Source: Octopus vulgaris (lineage: Eukaryota). From it: a stretch of DNA of 64,000 bases. A model generated the notes under the pieces. The model made no database searches, was not told where the DNA came from, and saw only the letters and a program-made list of their open reading frames with translations. Made by a program: the position numbers and the translations under genes. This document shows, one piece after another, positions 49,073 to 63,479 of this stretch. The stretch spans positions 3,100,001-3,164,000 of the forward strand of contig OX597828.1 of the NCBI GenBank assembly GCA_951406725.2. The letters are read 5' to 3'. How positions within the stretch are numbered: the first letter of the stretch is position 1; every line of letters starts with the position of its first letter.

Positions 49073-50855
49073 GTATATGCTTAGGAATTATCTTACCATT
49101 ACTTCGGCTGGTAAGCTGATGTCTACAATCCAGTAAGATTATCATAGGACGAAAAATGTCCGAGACAAGTGCAGAAAATATAAAAATATTTGGTAATGGC
49201 CAATATCCTTGTTTTATTACTGCATAATTATTTCCAGTTAGATTTTAAAATCCTTCGTGCATTAACTATCGAAATACTAATTTTACTATTAGCTTTCAGG
49301 CGGATGGCGTGTCTGAATTATTTAGAAATAGCCCATACGTCACTATCATTGTCTTCCGAAATAGGAATGTGGCAAATGCTTTCTGTTGTTATCTGTTTTA
49401 TAGATCGGGTATTCTTGTAGTCGAGACAATTAGTATGTGGGTATTTAAGGTACCCCACTTCAAACTCTAGAAGAAATCAACGCAAGTGAAATTCAAAGCA
49501 CTTCACTTTATTGGTGCTAATAAGATTATAAAACAGTGTAAGTAAGAAAGGACGGGATTTAAAAGAAAATATTCAAGATGATACTGTTATCTTTTATTTA
49601 TATATTCTTTACTAAATTTACTTAAAATCAAAGTTGAAATATTTTTTACACATGAAGTAAATATAGCTATCTTGAACGTCTTAAAAGAAATAGTTTTCTA
49701 TAAGCATATATATTAATAAGGTTAATAACAGTTATAGCTGTATTGACCTAGTTGACTCTAAATTCGGGGCAAAATGAATCAAACCGGTTTCATATTACGG
49801 CTTTAGTCTTCAAGAAATATCAAATGATTTTTGTTAATATATTTTTGTTATACTTTTCGTGAAAAATTTTTTTTTTTTAAAGAAGTAAGTAGTAGTAATA
49901 TAAAAATGATAAATCGTCTTATGAATAACTCTTCTGAATATGAATGAATGCTTGGATGAACGAATAATTTCACTCTTTTCAAATGTTCGGTTGAAACGAA
50001 TTCGATTTTGTATTTTTTTTATATATCGTATGCATCTTAAAAAAGTTTGAGAAGTGAACTAGTATATTTGAAGATTAAAACATCATGGCTGCTCAACCAC
50101 AAATACAACAACAACAACAACAACATTATATACATCCAAACCATTACTGAAACTGTCCACTTTACAGCCGAGTACTATTGTATTATTCATGTAATATCAT
50201 TCATATAAGCTAAAGGCTCAAGTACTTTTTTCAACTTTTTTCTCTCGACTAGAAAGTTCTGTGAGCTTGTAATATCAAAATTGAATAGTTCTGATGAACG
50301 ATTTCAATATTTTTTAATGAAAAAGTTTATGTATTTAATCTCTCCCCTTCCTCCCACTCTCTAATCACGTTCTCTTCTTCTCTTTGTATTATCCTCTCAG
50401 TCTATTTCGGTAAAGATCAAATATGGTTCCAATAATAGAGCCTATGTTATTGATGCCTTCGCAATAACACCTTTAAAAAAAAAGTGACAGACATTTTGCC
50501 TCTCTATTATTATCATCATCGTCATCGATATCATCGTCACCACCACCACCACCACTGCCACCGCCACCACCACCACTGCCACTACTACCACTCTAGTAAT
50601 CCTATTATTATTGAGAGCTTTTTCACTGCATAACTGATGCTTTGTCTTGTTTTTTATGTTTCTATTATATTAAAATTATTCGAAGTAATATGTATGTATT
50701 TTCTACGATGTTGTATATGTATATAAGTGATGGCTTTTGTTTATATATTCGTCTGCATCATTTTATTATCAAACAACTATGGTTGTTAGACTTATTTTTG
50801 TTTTCCGCCGCCCCAGTTAGGCTATCAACAATTCTTTGGTTTTAAATCACAGAAA

Positions 50856-50919
<64 letters not shown>

Positions 50920-50921
50920 TC

Positions 50922-51240
50922 AGGCGGCAAGCTGGAAAAATCGTTAGCACATCGGGCATAATGTTTAGCAGTATTTCGACCGACTTTATGTTCACATTCA
51001 GTCGAGGTGACTTAGCCTTTCATCCTTTCAAGGTCGATAAAATAAATACCAGTTGAGCACTAGAGTTTGTGTACACGACTACCCCTCCCTGAAATTGTTG
51101 GCTTTCTGCCAAACTTTGAAACTATTATAATTATTTAAGGCAGCGAGCTGGCGAAATCGTTAGCACATTGAACATAATTGCGTTGCAGCATTTGGCCCAC
51201 CATTGCGTTCTTAGTCGAAATTTCGCCGAGGTCGACTTTA
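50922..51240 (+). mobile_element. Two older SINE family C copies after (TAT)n
   Basis: Heads at 50922 (ggcggcaagctgg) and 51139 (ggcagcgagctgg). Confidence 0.7.
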
Positions 51241-51915
51241 TTGACATAAAGTCACGTAGCTATCGTGCTTCGCAAACTCATCAGACAGTAGTATGCTTTT
51301 GAGTGAAGCAAATATATTGTCCTTTGGTTTGCTGGTGAGGTAACCATTTCCTGAAAGAGCGAGTCAATTTGCAAAGTTTCTCTCTTTTAAGTACTAGAAT
51401 TTGTTTCAGAAAAAACTATTCAGATTTTCTAAAATTTGTTTTGAAATGTGGACTTTATGTAAACTTTAGAGCGCCATATAGCAGTGGTATGTTGAATTAG
51501 AAAAGCTCTATTCTATTTTAATGTTTTATTATGCTTGTGTATGTATGTGTGTGTGAGCGCGTGTGTGTGATATCTTTTATCTTTTACTTATTTCAGCTAT
51601 TTGACTGTGGCGATGCTGGGGAACAGCCTTGAAGGGTTTTAGTCAGACAAATCGACCCCAGGACATATTTTTTAAGCCTAGTACTTATTCTATTGGTTTC
51701 CATTGTCGAACTACTAAGTTACAGGGACGTAAAAACATCAACACTGGTTGTCAAACAGTGGTAGGGGGACAAACACAGACACAAAGACACATACACACAC
51801 AGATGTATACATGCATACATATATCTGTGTTGACTACATCCCAAAAATGAAGCCTTGTTTCTTTGTTGGAAATCGGCTCCCTTCACAGTGGAAGATTTAT
51901 AATAATTAAAAAATA

Positions 51916-51988
<73 letters not shown>

Positions 51989-52065
51989 TTATTTTATTTA
52001 GTTTCAGCTCACAAGCTGTGGCCATGCTGGGGCACCGCCATTTGGTGTTACTACATGATTTTACT

Positions 52066-53565
52066 TCACGAATGCTTTTTAGCAAATGCCATCTGGTGCA
52101 TGAGAGAGTTCGATGCAGCTGCCCTCATCTGTACCTCCCGCCGTGAATTTGGTTCATCTGGGACACCTGACAAGAAGAGATCCAGTTTCATTTTAAAGAC
52201 ATCTGCATCCACCCCATGCAGGTCTCTTAGGTTATTCGGGAGGATATTGAAGAGCTGTGGGCCTCGGAAGCCCAGGCTATCACAGTATCTTGTCCTACAT
52301 CTTGATGGCAAATTTGGAGTCCTTGGCACTATGCAGTGGCGCCCAATTCTGGCATTTGTGTAACTCTCGATGCCAAAGTTTGGGACAAGTCCTTCTAGGA
52401 TCTTCCAGATGTATACTATGGCATATCTTTCTCGCCTACGCTCTAAGGAATAGAGTCTCAATCTCTTGAGTCTTTCCCAATAGCTTATATGCTGCACAGA
52501 GGCTATCTTCTTCGTGTAGCTTCGTTGGATCGCCTCAAGTTCTGTGATTAACTTGACACTGGATGGTGACCATAGCTGAGAGCAATAGTCAAAGTGGCTT
52601 AGGACAAGTGTCCTCCAGAGGACCATCATGGTTTCCTGGTCTCTTGTTCTAAAGGTTCTAAGAATCCATCCGGTCAGCCGCCTACATTTCATTGCCAATT
52701 TAGCAACATGCACATGAAAGGTTGCATCATCACTCATGTAAATACCCAGGTCTCGCACTGATTGTGCCACTGGGATTGCAATCCCTAGGGGTCCAGTGTA
52801 TTTATCGGGTATTGCATTTAGTTTTGCATGCTGATAGTATAAAGCTTGAAACTTTTCAGCATTGAACTGCATGCTATTCTTTTCAGCCCACTTGTATATT
52901 TTGTCCAGCTCACATTGCAGGTGCTTAGTGTCTTCAGGGTTCTGTATTGCCTGTGAAACTTTTGTATCATCTGCATAACTTGTGATCGTGGCTTTCTGCG
53001 TGGCTGAGGGCATGTCTGTGAGGGCCATTATGAACAGTAGTGGTCCCAGAACTGTGCCTTGCGGAACACCGCTCACTATATGCGTGTTAATGGCTACTAC
53101 CACCTGACTTCTATCCTTCAGAAAGTCATGAAGCCATTCTCCCAATTTTCCAACTATGCCAAGATCACGCAGTTTGTGGCATATCATTCCATGATCGACT
53201 TTATCAAAGGCCTTTGCAAAGTCGAGATATATGACTTCCACATGTGAGTGGTTGAGCAGTCGTTTCAGCACCCAGTCATAGTGTTGTAGGAGCTGAGTTA
53301 AGCAGCTTCTTCCTGGTCGGAAACCATGTTGGGTGTCAGGCAGCAAGTCATTTTCTTCAAGGAAGGTGATTAGTTTCCTTCTGACTATTCGTTCCATGAC
53401 CTTGCTGATGTGTGAGGTCAGAGAGATAGGTTTGTAGTTCTTGGCCTCCGCTCTGCTACCTCCTTTATGAATAGGGCATATTTTACCTTCCTTCAGTTTT
53501 CTTGGAAGTTTGCCAGTTGCAAGGAAGCTCTGAAAGAGGAACTGCAGTGGTCTTGCTGTAATCAA
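52066..53565 (-). CDS. CR1/L2-group LINE reverse transcriptase, 5'-truncated (499 aa open frame)
   Basis: [56 protein letters not shown] and RDLGI motifs. Short 3' UTR to ~51986; (TA)n on both sides; an apparent small in-frame deletion before SGVPQG. Confidence 0.92.
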   Translation of the reverse strand: MITARPLQFLFQSFLATGKLPRKLKEGKICPIHKGGSRAEAKNYKPISLTSHISKVMERIVRRKLITFLEENDLLPDTQHGFRPGRSCLTQLLQHYDWVLKRLLNHSHVEVIYLDFAKAFDKVDHGMICHKLRDLGIVGKLGEWLHDFLKDRSQVVVAINTHIVSGVPQGTVLGPLLFIMALTDMPSATQKATITSYADDTKVSQAIQNPEDTKHLQCELDKIYKWAEKNSMQFNAEKFQALYYQHAKLNAIPDKYTGPLGIAIPVAQSVRDLGIYMSDDATFHVHVAKLAMKCRRLTGWILRTFRTRDQETMMVLWRTLVLSHFDYCSQLWSPSSVKLITELEAIQRSYTKKIASVQHISYWERLKRLRLYSLERRRERYAIVYIWKILEGLVPNFGIESYTNARIGRHCIVPRTPNLPSRCRTRYCDSLGFRGPQLFNILPNNLRDLHGVDADVFKMKLDLFLSGVPDEPNSRREVQMRAAASNSLMHQMAFAKKHS

Positions 53566-53787
53566 TCATCGCTGCCTCTAAATATATATATTTATATATA
53601 TATATATAAGTACACATACATACATATATATATATACATATATATATATACAGACATTTATATATACATACATATATATATGTACATAAAATATATATAC
53701 ATAAATATATATATATATATATATACATACATACATATATACATATATATATACATACATACATATATACATATATATACATATACA

Positions 53788-53823
<36 letters not shown>

Positions 53824-53838
53824 GGCATACATACATAC

Positions 53839-53890
<52 letters not shown>

Positions 53891-55035
53891 ACATACACAT
53901 GCATACATATATATATATATAATCATATGAAAGGGAAATGGAAATTTATAGAAATTTTCATTTCCAGTGGCCTAGCGTGTAAAAATTTAGTCCTATTACT
54001 CATAAAATACAGTGTACATTTAAACACATAAGGAATCCACTCGTGGGATTCAACATGCTAGAAAGAACAGCTAGGTTCTATAACCATATGATTATCAGGA
54101 GGGTTCTAAACATTTGAAAGTCTGCTGAAAACTTGTGGATACCTAAGGTTACAAGTAGTAACCCGCTATACACATAATACCTACACGTTATTCACGTTAT
54201 TCCTACTAGGAATAAGACTGAACCCGAGCCAAAGAAAAATAATAATAAGAAAAATATATATACATATATGCATAGAATTTTGTATGGGAAGATATATTTC
54301 TATGCTGTTCTGATTTAACGATAAAAAGTCAGCTAATTTAAACCCTGTAGTCAATGATGATTGTTATTTATCTCATACACTGAAGTCCACATCGATAATA
54401 CATTATACATAAAATTCACGGAAAATCTATATCATAATACGCTTATGATGAACGGTGTAGTTATCTTAGTTCCTCTATAATACTCACAAGAAGACAAAAC
54501 GAAACAAAAGAACTTTTAATACAAAAAGAAAACACTTTATAAAAGTTTGAATCAACTTAAAATCATATATTTTTTTACAGAATTATCGTCATCTTTAAAA
54601 TTTAAATTTCACCTTGAATTTATCTATTTTGTTAGTGGCTAAAATATTTTTAACTTGCAAAACCTAAGGGTGAATATGAATTGGTGAAAGAAAAGAAATA
54701 AAAATGTTAAACAATGTTGTCCGTGATAAGAATTAATTTTAATAAAAAAGTGTCTGTGTGTTGAATTATTATTTTAAATTAAATAAAAAGGGAAAAAAAT
54801 TAAAATTAAATTTTTGTTAAATAATTTGTCTTTTGAGAGCATAATTACTGCAGTTAAGCGATAATTATGTTGATGCTGCGAATGATGATAACGATATTGA
54901 TGATGATGATAATAATGAATATAGCGAGGGAAGAAAATAACAATGATTACAACAGCATCTGTAGAATAGGAACAAAAATTATTATTATTATTATTATTAT
55001 TACTATTATTATTATTATTGTTGTTGCTGTTGTTG

Positions 55036-55105
<70 letters not shown>

Positions 55106-55106
<1 letters not shown>

Positions 55107-57146
55107 TGTGTCTGGAGCAAGAGGACGCGTTTTCGTGGCTCGTAAGTCATTCGTTAAAACTTGTTTTAATAGTTGGTATTCCTAGTTTTGTTGAACTTTA
55201 AATTAAATAACCCAACTTGTTACAAGCGGGGCGAGCGACTGTGGTTGGAATCCGCCCTTTAAGGGTGGATTATGAGACTTAAAATTGTAAATTTAATATT
55301 TTAAAACAAAAATATCAATATGGCTTCGCAAATCGAGCGAAGTGACAACCGCTAGAACAACTGCTATGACGTTGCTGTCCCACCACTAGTTGATGTGGTC
55401 GAGAAACGAAGTAAAGACAGCAGCAGCAACGGCAGCAACAACAATAACAACACCACTACCACCACCAGAACTACTACAGCTATCACCATCACAAAATCAT
55501 TAATAAAACGACACCAGCAGCCATTCTTTTTTCCTAGCAGAATGGAGACAGTTTTTCACAGCTTGTCGGAAATAGGAAAAAGTCGTGTTGAGTGACGTTA
55601 AGCAGCACTTAACAAAGAATGGTAGAAAAGTCTTCCTTAACACACTAGAGTAAGTGCAAGAAGACACTAACCCACCCTAGTAAATAGCAGTAAAGACGAG
55701 GAGACTAGAGTGAGCGATGCAGGCACAGATCAAAAAATGCCTGAGATTGGCCTGGGGGTTTAAAAACTTATGTCACCTGTGGGAAACATTGTGGCACAGC
55801 TGAAGTAAGATTCTCAACTGAAGAGTTAAGTAATGATAAAGCCACACCAACCCTTAAAAGTGAGGAATTATGGCTAATTCAGACATACTTCGGTCGAAAG
55901 GTTGTCAAAATAAAGGTTGCGGAGATGTCACCAGTGTTGACATCTCTTTGCTAGTAGCAACCGTATTATACGGTATAAAGGACAAAATAAAAAAAAAATT
56001 TGGATATCTACGAAAAGGAAAAGAAGAATTCGTGAGATATGGGCATGAAACTGCTGTTATACGCCGATCTGACCAGTATCGAAGCCATCGATGACCTGAT
56101 CAACCTACCTAATAGAACACAGTTATCTGTAGCAGTGGAAGGTAGAAAACCGAGATGGCAAATTTGTGACAAAAGAAACCATTTAAAGAAAAAAAACTCA
56201 CAGCTTCAGACACCCCAACACAACAACAACAGCAGCAGCAGTACCACCATTAGCACCACCACCACCAACAACAACACTAACAGAACAGCAGCATCCAAAA
56301 CAAAAACAGCAACATCAACAGCAAGAGCATCAGGAGAAATCCAATCAACAATATCAACAGGAAGCACCAGAACAACACCCGAGAACAACTATAAAAACAT
56401 CTACATCATCGCAGCCAAGAGTAGCCTCAATGGCACCAGTCGACTAGATCCCCAGCTTAGAAATGCGCGACTATGCAGACATAGACCTCCCTCTTGTCAC
56501 AGATTTTCCCGACTATGAAAACTCGTCTAACGAAGAAGGCAGTCTTGGAAACACACCAAAATGGATCCCAGGGAAAGAAAAAGGAAAAAAATTACAAAAT
56601 GAAAAGCATGGCGTAAGACTAAAATCAATGAGATTTGAAGAGGAGATACAAAATCCATCAAACCATCACACGACCACTCATTCCATACCAACATAATTAC
56701 AAATATCTCCAACATTACAAACACCACAACAAATGAAAACACATCACAATCCAGACCAACAAGATGAACAACACCGCCAAGGCATCACTAATTATACGGT
56801 CATTGACACAAATAAAAAGAACGTAATAAAACTCATTCAAAAATACACAGACAACATTCGAAATACAACCCCGCATAACTCTCCTATTCACATAAAAAGA
56901 AAATAACGCAACAAACTTACAGCGAACTGAAAACAAATTGTTCGGAAGGAATGGGAAATTTCCGTGGGTTATAAATACAAGGCGCAGGAGTGGCTGTGTG
57001 GTAAGTAGCTTGTTTAAAACCTCATGGTTCCGAGTTCAGTCCCATTGCGTGGCACCTTGGGCAAGTATCTTCTACTATAGCCTCGGGCCGGCCAAAGCCT
57101 TGGGAGTGTATTTGGTAGACAGAAACTGAAAGAAGCCCATCGTGTA

Positions 57147-57191
<45 letters not shown>

Positions 57192-57202
57192 GTATGTATA
57201 CA

Positions 57203-57239
<37 letters not shown>

Positions 57240-57246
57240 ATATATG

Positions 57247-57298
<52 letters not shown>

Positions 57299-60204
57299 AG
57301 TATGTGTGTTTGTGTGTGTGTGTTTGTCCCTCACCATCGCTTGACAACCGATGCTGGTGTGTTTACGTCCCCGTAACTTAGTGGTTCGGAAAATAACCGA
57401 TAGAATAAGTACTAGGCTTACAAAAGAATAAGATCGACTGAAGGTGGTGCTCCAGCATGGCCGCAGTCAAATAACTGAAACAAATAAATGAATAAAAAGA
57501 GTAAGGAAATGCTTGTGGACCACCCACAAATAATCAGGACAGAACATGTGTCTCTCCTTCTCTTTGACAAATACGGCCTTGCTCAGAATAGGCAGTATAA
57601 ATGTATATGCTCTGGGATCGCCTTGGAAACAGGGCCAGCTACTCAGAGACTGGATTAGCGAATTAGTTAAACGGATATTGACGAGATCAATCCTCAGCAA
57701 CAAGTGGTGATTTGCCCTGTAAAGGGAAATTAGAACAGAATCGATTAGGGTAATCAAGGCATTAACGACAGAAGAGATAGAAGGCAACTTAGAAATGTAG
57801 AGGAGGCGTTTAAGAAAGGCATCGCAAACGACGTGCTGGCGGCGACATTGGCGCTGGTCCAATTCTTCAACGCTAAATACGAAGGATGCATTGTCAGAAC
57901 TAAGGAACGTTCTTTAAGAAACGAGAGAACGAAAGTCACTCGACGGGCTGAGTGGCAGAGGACCAACATTGAAACAGAGTTACAATTCAGTCTTTGGTGG
58001 ATTAAAATAGGCGCACGGTAGTCGAGCCTGATTAGGTGTGTACGGTATTTCAGCGGTACTTCGCTCAGCTGTTTGAGACGAATGACAGTCCTGAACGCAG
58101 GATAAACTTCAGTGCCTACCTCGACGGCAAGAGAGACGGAACGTTGCGAAATGTTGATAACAGCTGCGGAAATACGGGACGCAATGATAGACTGCATGGG
58201 GGTGGGATAAATCATCTGGTTTAGATGGTCTTGCTCACGAGCTTTACTTTTATGTGCCAAACTTGTTTGACGGCATCTTAGCAGATCTCTACCAGAATTG
58301 GCAGCAGAACAGGAGAATTCCCAGTTTTGTTAGTCGAGGAGCAGTGGTACGGCTGAGAAAGGATCCAAACAAGGGAGATCAAATAGAAAATTCTGGGCCT
58401 TTAACGCTGCTGAACGCAGATTTCAAAATTTTGGTCAAGGTGTTATCAAAGAGATTGACGATCTTCGAGAAGCTGATTGGTGATGCGCAAGCATGCGTCA
58501 TCCCATGTAGAGCCGTCAACGATAACCTCCACCTCATGCTATTCATCATACATAGAGTGGGTAAAGAAGCTGTGATGGGTGGATCTCTGATCAATTTGGA
58601 TAAATCTAAAGCCTTCAATAGGGCAAACCACCAATACTTTGCAGCCGTTCTCATAGTGATGGTTTCGGTCGCTTTTTCCGTGGTTTGATTGCTGCAATGT
58701 ACAACGACATCTGTTCAGTAGTTTGGATGAATGGTCACTTACCCGTCAAGGGCGTCTCCCCTCGTCTCTTCTGTATGTACTTGCTCTAGAGTCACTGCCG
58801 CCGAAACTGGAGATAGTAAGAGGCATCCGCACGAACTAAGATGTGGGAGAACCGTGTCGGCATACGCAGACGACGTCACCGTCATAGCGTCGAACACCAA
58901 AAAGATAGACTTGGTCGAGACCTAGTAGGACTGAGGTGGCGAATGTATACATCGCCTCCGCTATATATTACTGCCTGACCGTCGTGTCTGCCTCACTTTA
59001 TGTCTGACCAATTTAGAGCGCATACTCTTCCGCTTTCTGTGAAAGGGACCCTTTGCATTGGTCAGGCCCTGCGTTTGCTATGAACATCCGCTGAATGGAG
59101 GGCCGGGAATGTCGTGGCTAATGATGCGCAGACATGCGCTGAGGCTACATCTCTAGCACTTCCTTGACGATGAGCAGCTGCGGTTGCCGTTGGTCAGGAT
59201 TCGCTTTTCCACAGCTCGTCTTTTTGACTGAGATGCAGTTCTGGATAAAACGTAGACTAGGGACTGGGTGCCTGGCACATAAAGTGTTGTCTGGCGCTCA
59301 CAGCCCTCTCTCAGTCGGGAAGAGCGGTCGGTAGACGTTCAACTTTGGCGTCCCAGAAAGGGTTAGTGGAGGGCAAGTGTGACGACGTTCTCGGGGAAAC
59401 TATCGGCTGGTCTGTTCCGGAGGATTTTCGATCTGGGGCCTAAGGATGATTTCCAGAAATCTGTTGCCTGGCAATGCTACTTGGAAGCATTACCAGTTTG
59501 AGATAACCTCTACAGACATGGACGTACTGTCAGCCGGGCTTTCCCGAGATGCGCGCTGAGTGACGAAACTGTTCTGCAGGCTTTCGTCCAGTGCCCGAGA
59601 ATTGCTGACTTGTGGGTTTATGTTGAACACCTGTTGTCATGCGTAGGACGGATCCGGCTATCGTCTGACTTCACATTCCCCACCTCTGTCTTACTATAGT
59701 GCCGATCCTTCCACCGTCTCCCTCTGGACGAGGAGAGCAGGCAGTGTTTCTTTTTCTGGTGGCTTTAACGAAAGAGATTGCGTGGTGAACCAAATTGAAG
59801 GGATTGAAGACAAATACTTCCCTCTTTGGCCGAGCCTTCATCAACTTTTTCAAGTTTCACTTGGAAAAGAAAGTGAGGGTGGAGAGGGAAGTGCTGCTTC
59901 CCAGCAATCTTATGAAAAGCTTGGTGAATGTTGCAAGAATGGTCCGAGTTAACGGGCCTACTCAAAGAACGCACCTGAGGGTTGTAGGAGACTTGCCCTA
60001 GTGGTCAAGGAAACCGTAGTGTTTGTGGGGTCACTATAAGCACCCCGAGGAAATCTCACACTTTTGGGGAATTATTCAATCTTATAATTTATGCTACTGT
60101 GTTTTTTTTTTACTTATTATACGTCTTTTATGTAACCTCACATTGTATTGTCTTGTCCTGTCCCCAACGCTTTTCTGTGAACCCTTAGTGGTTAATAAAG
60201 AAAG
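55106..60204 (+). mobile_element. Near full-length decayed L1/Tx1-clade LINE flanked by (ATT)n
   Basis: ORF1-like remnants at 55870-56200; RT remnants PLTLLNADFKILVKVLSKRL, LINLDKSKAFNR and TVSAYADDV; C-terminal C..C...ET...F..C at ~59540-59600; aataaag then (ATT)n. (ATT)n also at 54980-55105. Confidence 0.8.
56981..57500 (+). mobile_element. SINE family B, full length, nested in the Tx1-like LINE
   Basis: ggcgcaggagtggctgtgtggtaag head, gagttcagtccc B-box, internal microsatellite, tail ggtggtgctccagcatggccgcagtcaaataactgaaacaaataaa. Confidence 0.88.
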
Positions 60205-60233
60205 AATTATTATTATTATTATTATTATTATTA

Positions 60234-60323
<90 letters not shown>

Positions 60324-60441
60324 ATTATTATTGATTTTGTTGTTGTTATCGTTGTTGTTTCAGTTAACAAAAATGACAAAATTAATTTCTTTATTTGCCA
60401 GCATAGAATTTCTAACAGAAAACATCAAAAGAAAAAAAACC

Positions 60442-60543
<102 letters not shown>

Positions 60544-60594
60544 ACACACACACACACACACACACATCCACCCTACCCCTACCCCTACACAGAC

Positions 60595-60648
<54 letters not shown>

Positions 60649-60667
60649 CATATATGTATATATATAT

Positions 60668-60828
60668 GGGTGCAGGGATGTTTGCGTGGTTAAGAAACTC
60701 GCTTTGTAGTTTATGTCCAGTCTCACTGCTGCACGGTATCTTGGGCAAGTGTCTTCTACCATAGCCGCGGACCGATCCATATCTTGTGAGGTGATTTTGG
60801 TCAACGGAAACTGTGTGAAAGTCTGTTG
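60668..60828 (+). mobile_element. SINE family B, diverged 5' fragment
   Basis: gggtgcagggatgtttgcgtggttaag...cttgggcaagtgtcttctaccatagcc. Confidence 0.65.
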
Positions 60829-60864
<36 letters not shown>

Positions 60865-61280
60865 CATGTATCTATGCATGTATCTATGTGTGTGTGTGTG
60901 TTTGTAGATACATTCATATATAATTGCCATTGTGATAGAACTTTAGAACGGAAATAACTGCCGATTTATCGAGAATATATGTTTCAGGTATTCTGTAACG
61001 TATATAATGTAGATGAGTTTACAGCTACTACTGTTTAATTAAATACATGGCAGGCTCCAGGAGACTCCTAATTTTATAACCTAATGTGCTACAATTGTTT
61101 GGCGGCTTTAAATTCTTCGTACTCTTGGTAGATTAAAAATTAGCGTACATAAAGCCAAGCGAGACCATCATCCCGGAATAATAATTTATAAGAAGATTCT
61201 TTTTTCTTTTAGCTTAAGAGAACACAGGGTATTTTGACATGGGATGCATTCCACACAGCTAAAGGCTTTCAAATATATAA

Positions 61281-61328
<48 letters not shown>

Positions 61329-63035
61329 ACACACAGACACACACATAACTGTAAATATATAACTATAGATTTATACACATTACTGATATACGTATATGCA
61401 TGTGCCCCCACACACGCACTTGCACATATAGAATTCAGTTAAGAAAAGTGTCTATACGATCTGAAACCTGACGAGAAAGAGAAGCCAACGGATTCGTAGG
61501 CATGAACATTCAAGAGGCTCCAAAGCTGGATGGAATAAAAAAAGTCTTTCAGTGAGGCTGAAACAATATATTGCAAGGTCATTTCTTCATTCTAATAGAT
61601 TGCAGTCAGTTATAGTATACCCTAATTAGACTTCAGACAAAATCAAAAGAGTGTACCTAAACTATAAATTTACGAATATGTCGTGCTCAATCAGTTGCTG
61701 TTGAGTAACAAATTTATAAGTATTAGCGTCAAACCCATTATTGTTAAATACTTATATTTTTTATGGTTTTACAATAAATTTATTATTGCTGAACAAATTT
61801 ACAAAACTGATTTTATTATTTTGAAGCAATAAATTTATCATTTTTAGATATAAATTTTCCATTTATATCATTCTCAGATAACAAGTACATTACAGTGTGA
61901 AATAAAATCTATATTATTTTATTTAAGTCTATTAAGTTAATACTTTTATATGTAATTGATATTTTTTTTTTAAAGTAAGGTTCTCAAATAATTTCATTTG
62001 TCTTAAGTTATATGATGCAAATAGTGAGTACAATAAATAAACTAATAGTTTCGTATGAAGCTTCGAAGAAAGGTGTTCAATAAGAATTTCTTATCGGTTT
62101 AATCAGTCCCGTTTCAGCTAGCAACAATATCATTATTCCTTAAAGGTATTCAAGGGTGCTTGCCGAGGTAAATCGTGTGCTTTTGAATCATTTAAATTTA
62201 GTGGCGAATTCAACTGTTTTCATATGGTTCTCTGCACATAGTTCATAGACAGGATTATAATTCTCGTATAGAGCTATAAATCTCAAATTCCGTTTTTTTT
62301 GTAAGGCTATTTTTATAATTTAAGAACTTCTAGATATTGTCTCCACCGAATACTTGGTTCAATATAATCAACAATTATTTTACGGATTATTTCGGGGTTG
62401 GTACATAAAATACGAACCAGGGACGTAGGATGGGCATTGTTTTCTGTTGTTTTGAATTTTGAAAATTTTACTTAACTCCTACTCTGGTCATTGAATCGGT
62501 GAAGTAACCATTTGAAAGCTCGAAGTTCCATAACGCTATCCTCAAATTTTTGCTGCAGGTTGGCATCATTGAGAGCATCTCACTGACTTTTTATTTGCGT
62601 CTATTTTCTTTTCTTATCAACATTGATTATCATGTCATGTCACTTTCATGTTAACCAAAATATAACAAATAATATGGTTTGTCACGCAGCCAATCCCGTT
62701 TGTCGAGTTGTAAATCTTGTTCGAGCCTGCGTCTCTCGATTTTGAGCGGAATGGTGTTCTTGCAGTTTCTACCATATCTTTGTACAATTTGTGCTTATGG
62801 ATGATTTAATACTTTCTTTTCCTCTTGACTGCTCACCGAATTGGCTTGTGATAGGGATTGTTGTAATGCCATCTGCTATAGTCTTCCAATTCTGTGAAAA
62901 TGCTGTGGAGTCGCTCCTCAGTTGACACTGTCACGTGACATGTTTGTATTGTATTTGTTCTTCCCTTAGTTTCCTGAGAGATATATAAAATGTTTTCTGA
63001 TGGGACTGAATAAAGAGATTACAAGTAAGGAAGGA

Positions 63036-63076
<41 letters not shown>

Positions 63077-63081
63077 GAGAG

Positions 63082-63178
<97 letters not shown>

Positions 63179-63199
63179 GTTAAATATTAAATAGTATAG

Positions 63200-63244
63200 A
63201 ATCGTGTGAGAGAGTGCGAAATCGCAGCGAAACACGTGTTGGTT
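63200..63244 (+). ncRNA. Degenerate hammerhead motif
   Basis: aatc-gtgtgaga-gagtgcga aa tcgcagc-gaaa-cacgtg-tt-ggtt. Stem I aatc/ggtt, stem II tgcga/tcgca and palindromic stem III are present; the CUGANGA box is decayed. Confidence 0.4.
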
Positions 63245-63479
63245 GGTGGGTAACGGAAAAAACGGGGATAGATAACCGACGAGAATGGAGGCACTTTTAA
63301 CCTCCCCCTACAAAAGAGGAAGGAAGCGGGCGAAGATCAGGGAAGAGACCATAGCTAGGAAATAACACGAGTTTGAAAAGAACTTAAAAGTCATAGAAGG
63401 GTAAAGATTGAGAGATAGGAAGTAAAAAAAGAAGACGATTGGCAGACGTGTTGAAGAGGGAGGAATTGATCGGGGTAAT

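Noticed and set aside
51252-51290. Minus-strand CUGAUGA-gu..ac-GAUA-gc-UA hammerhead-like motif
   Set aside because: GAUA instead of GAAA and no stem I; could be a relic but is not supportable.
53934-53965. 14-bp hairpin ggaaatggaaattt-atag-aaattttcatttcc
   Set aside because: A real hairpin, but AT-rich and isolated; no element ends or function can be assigned.
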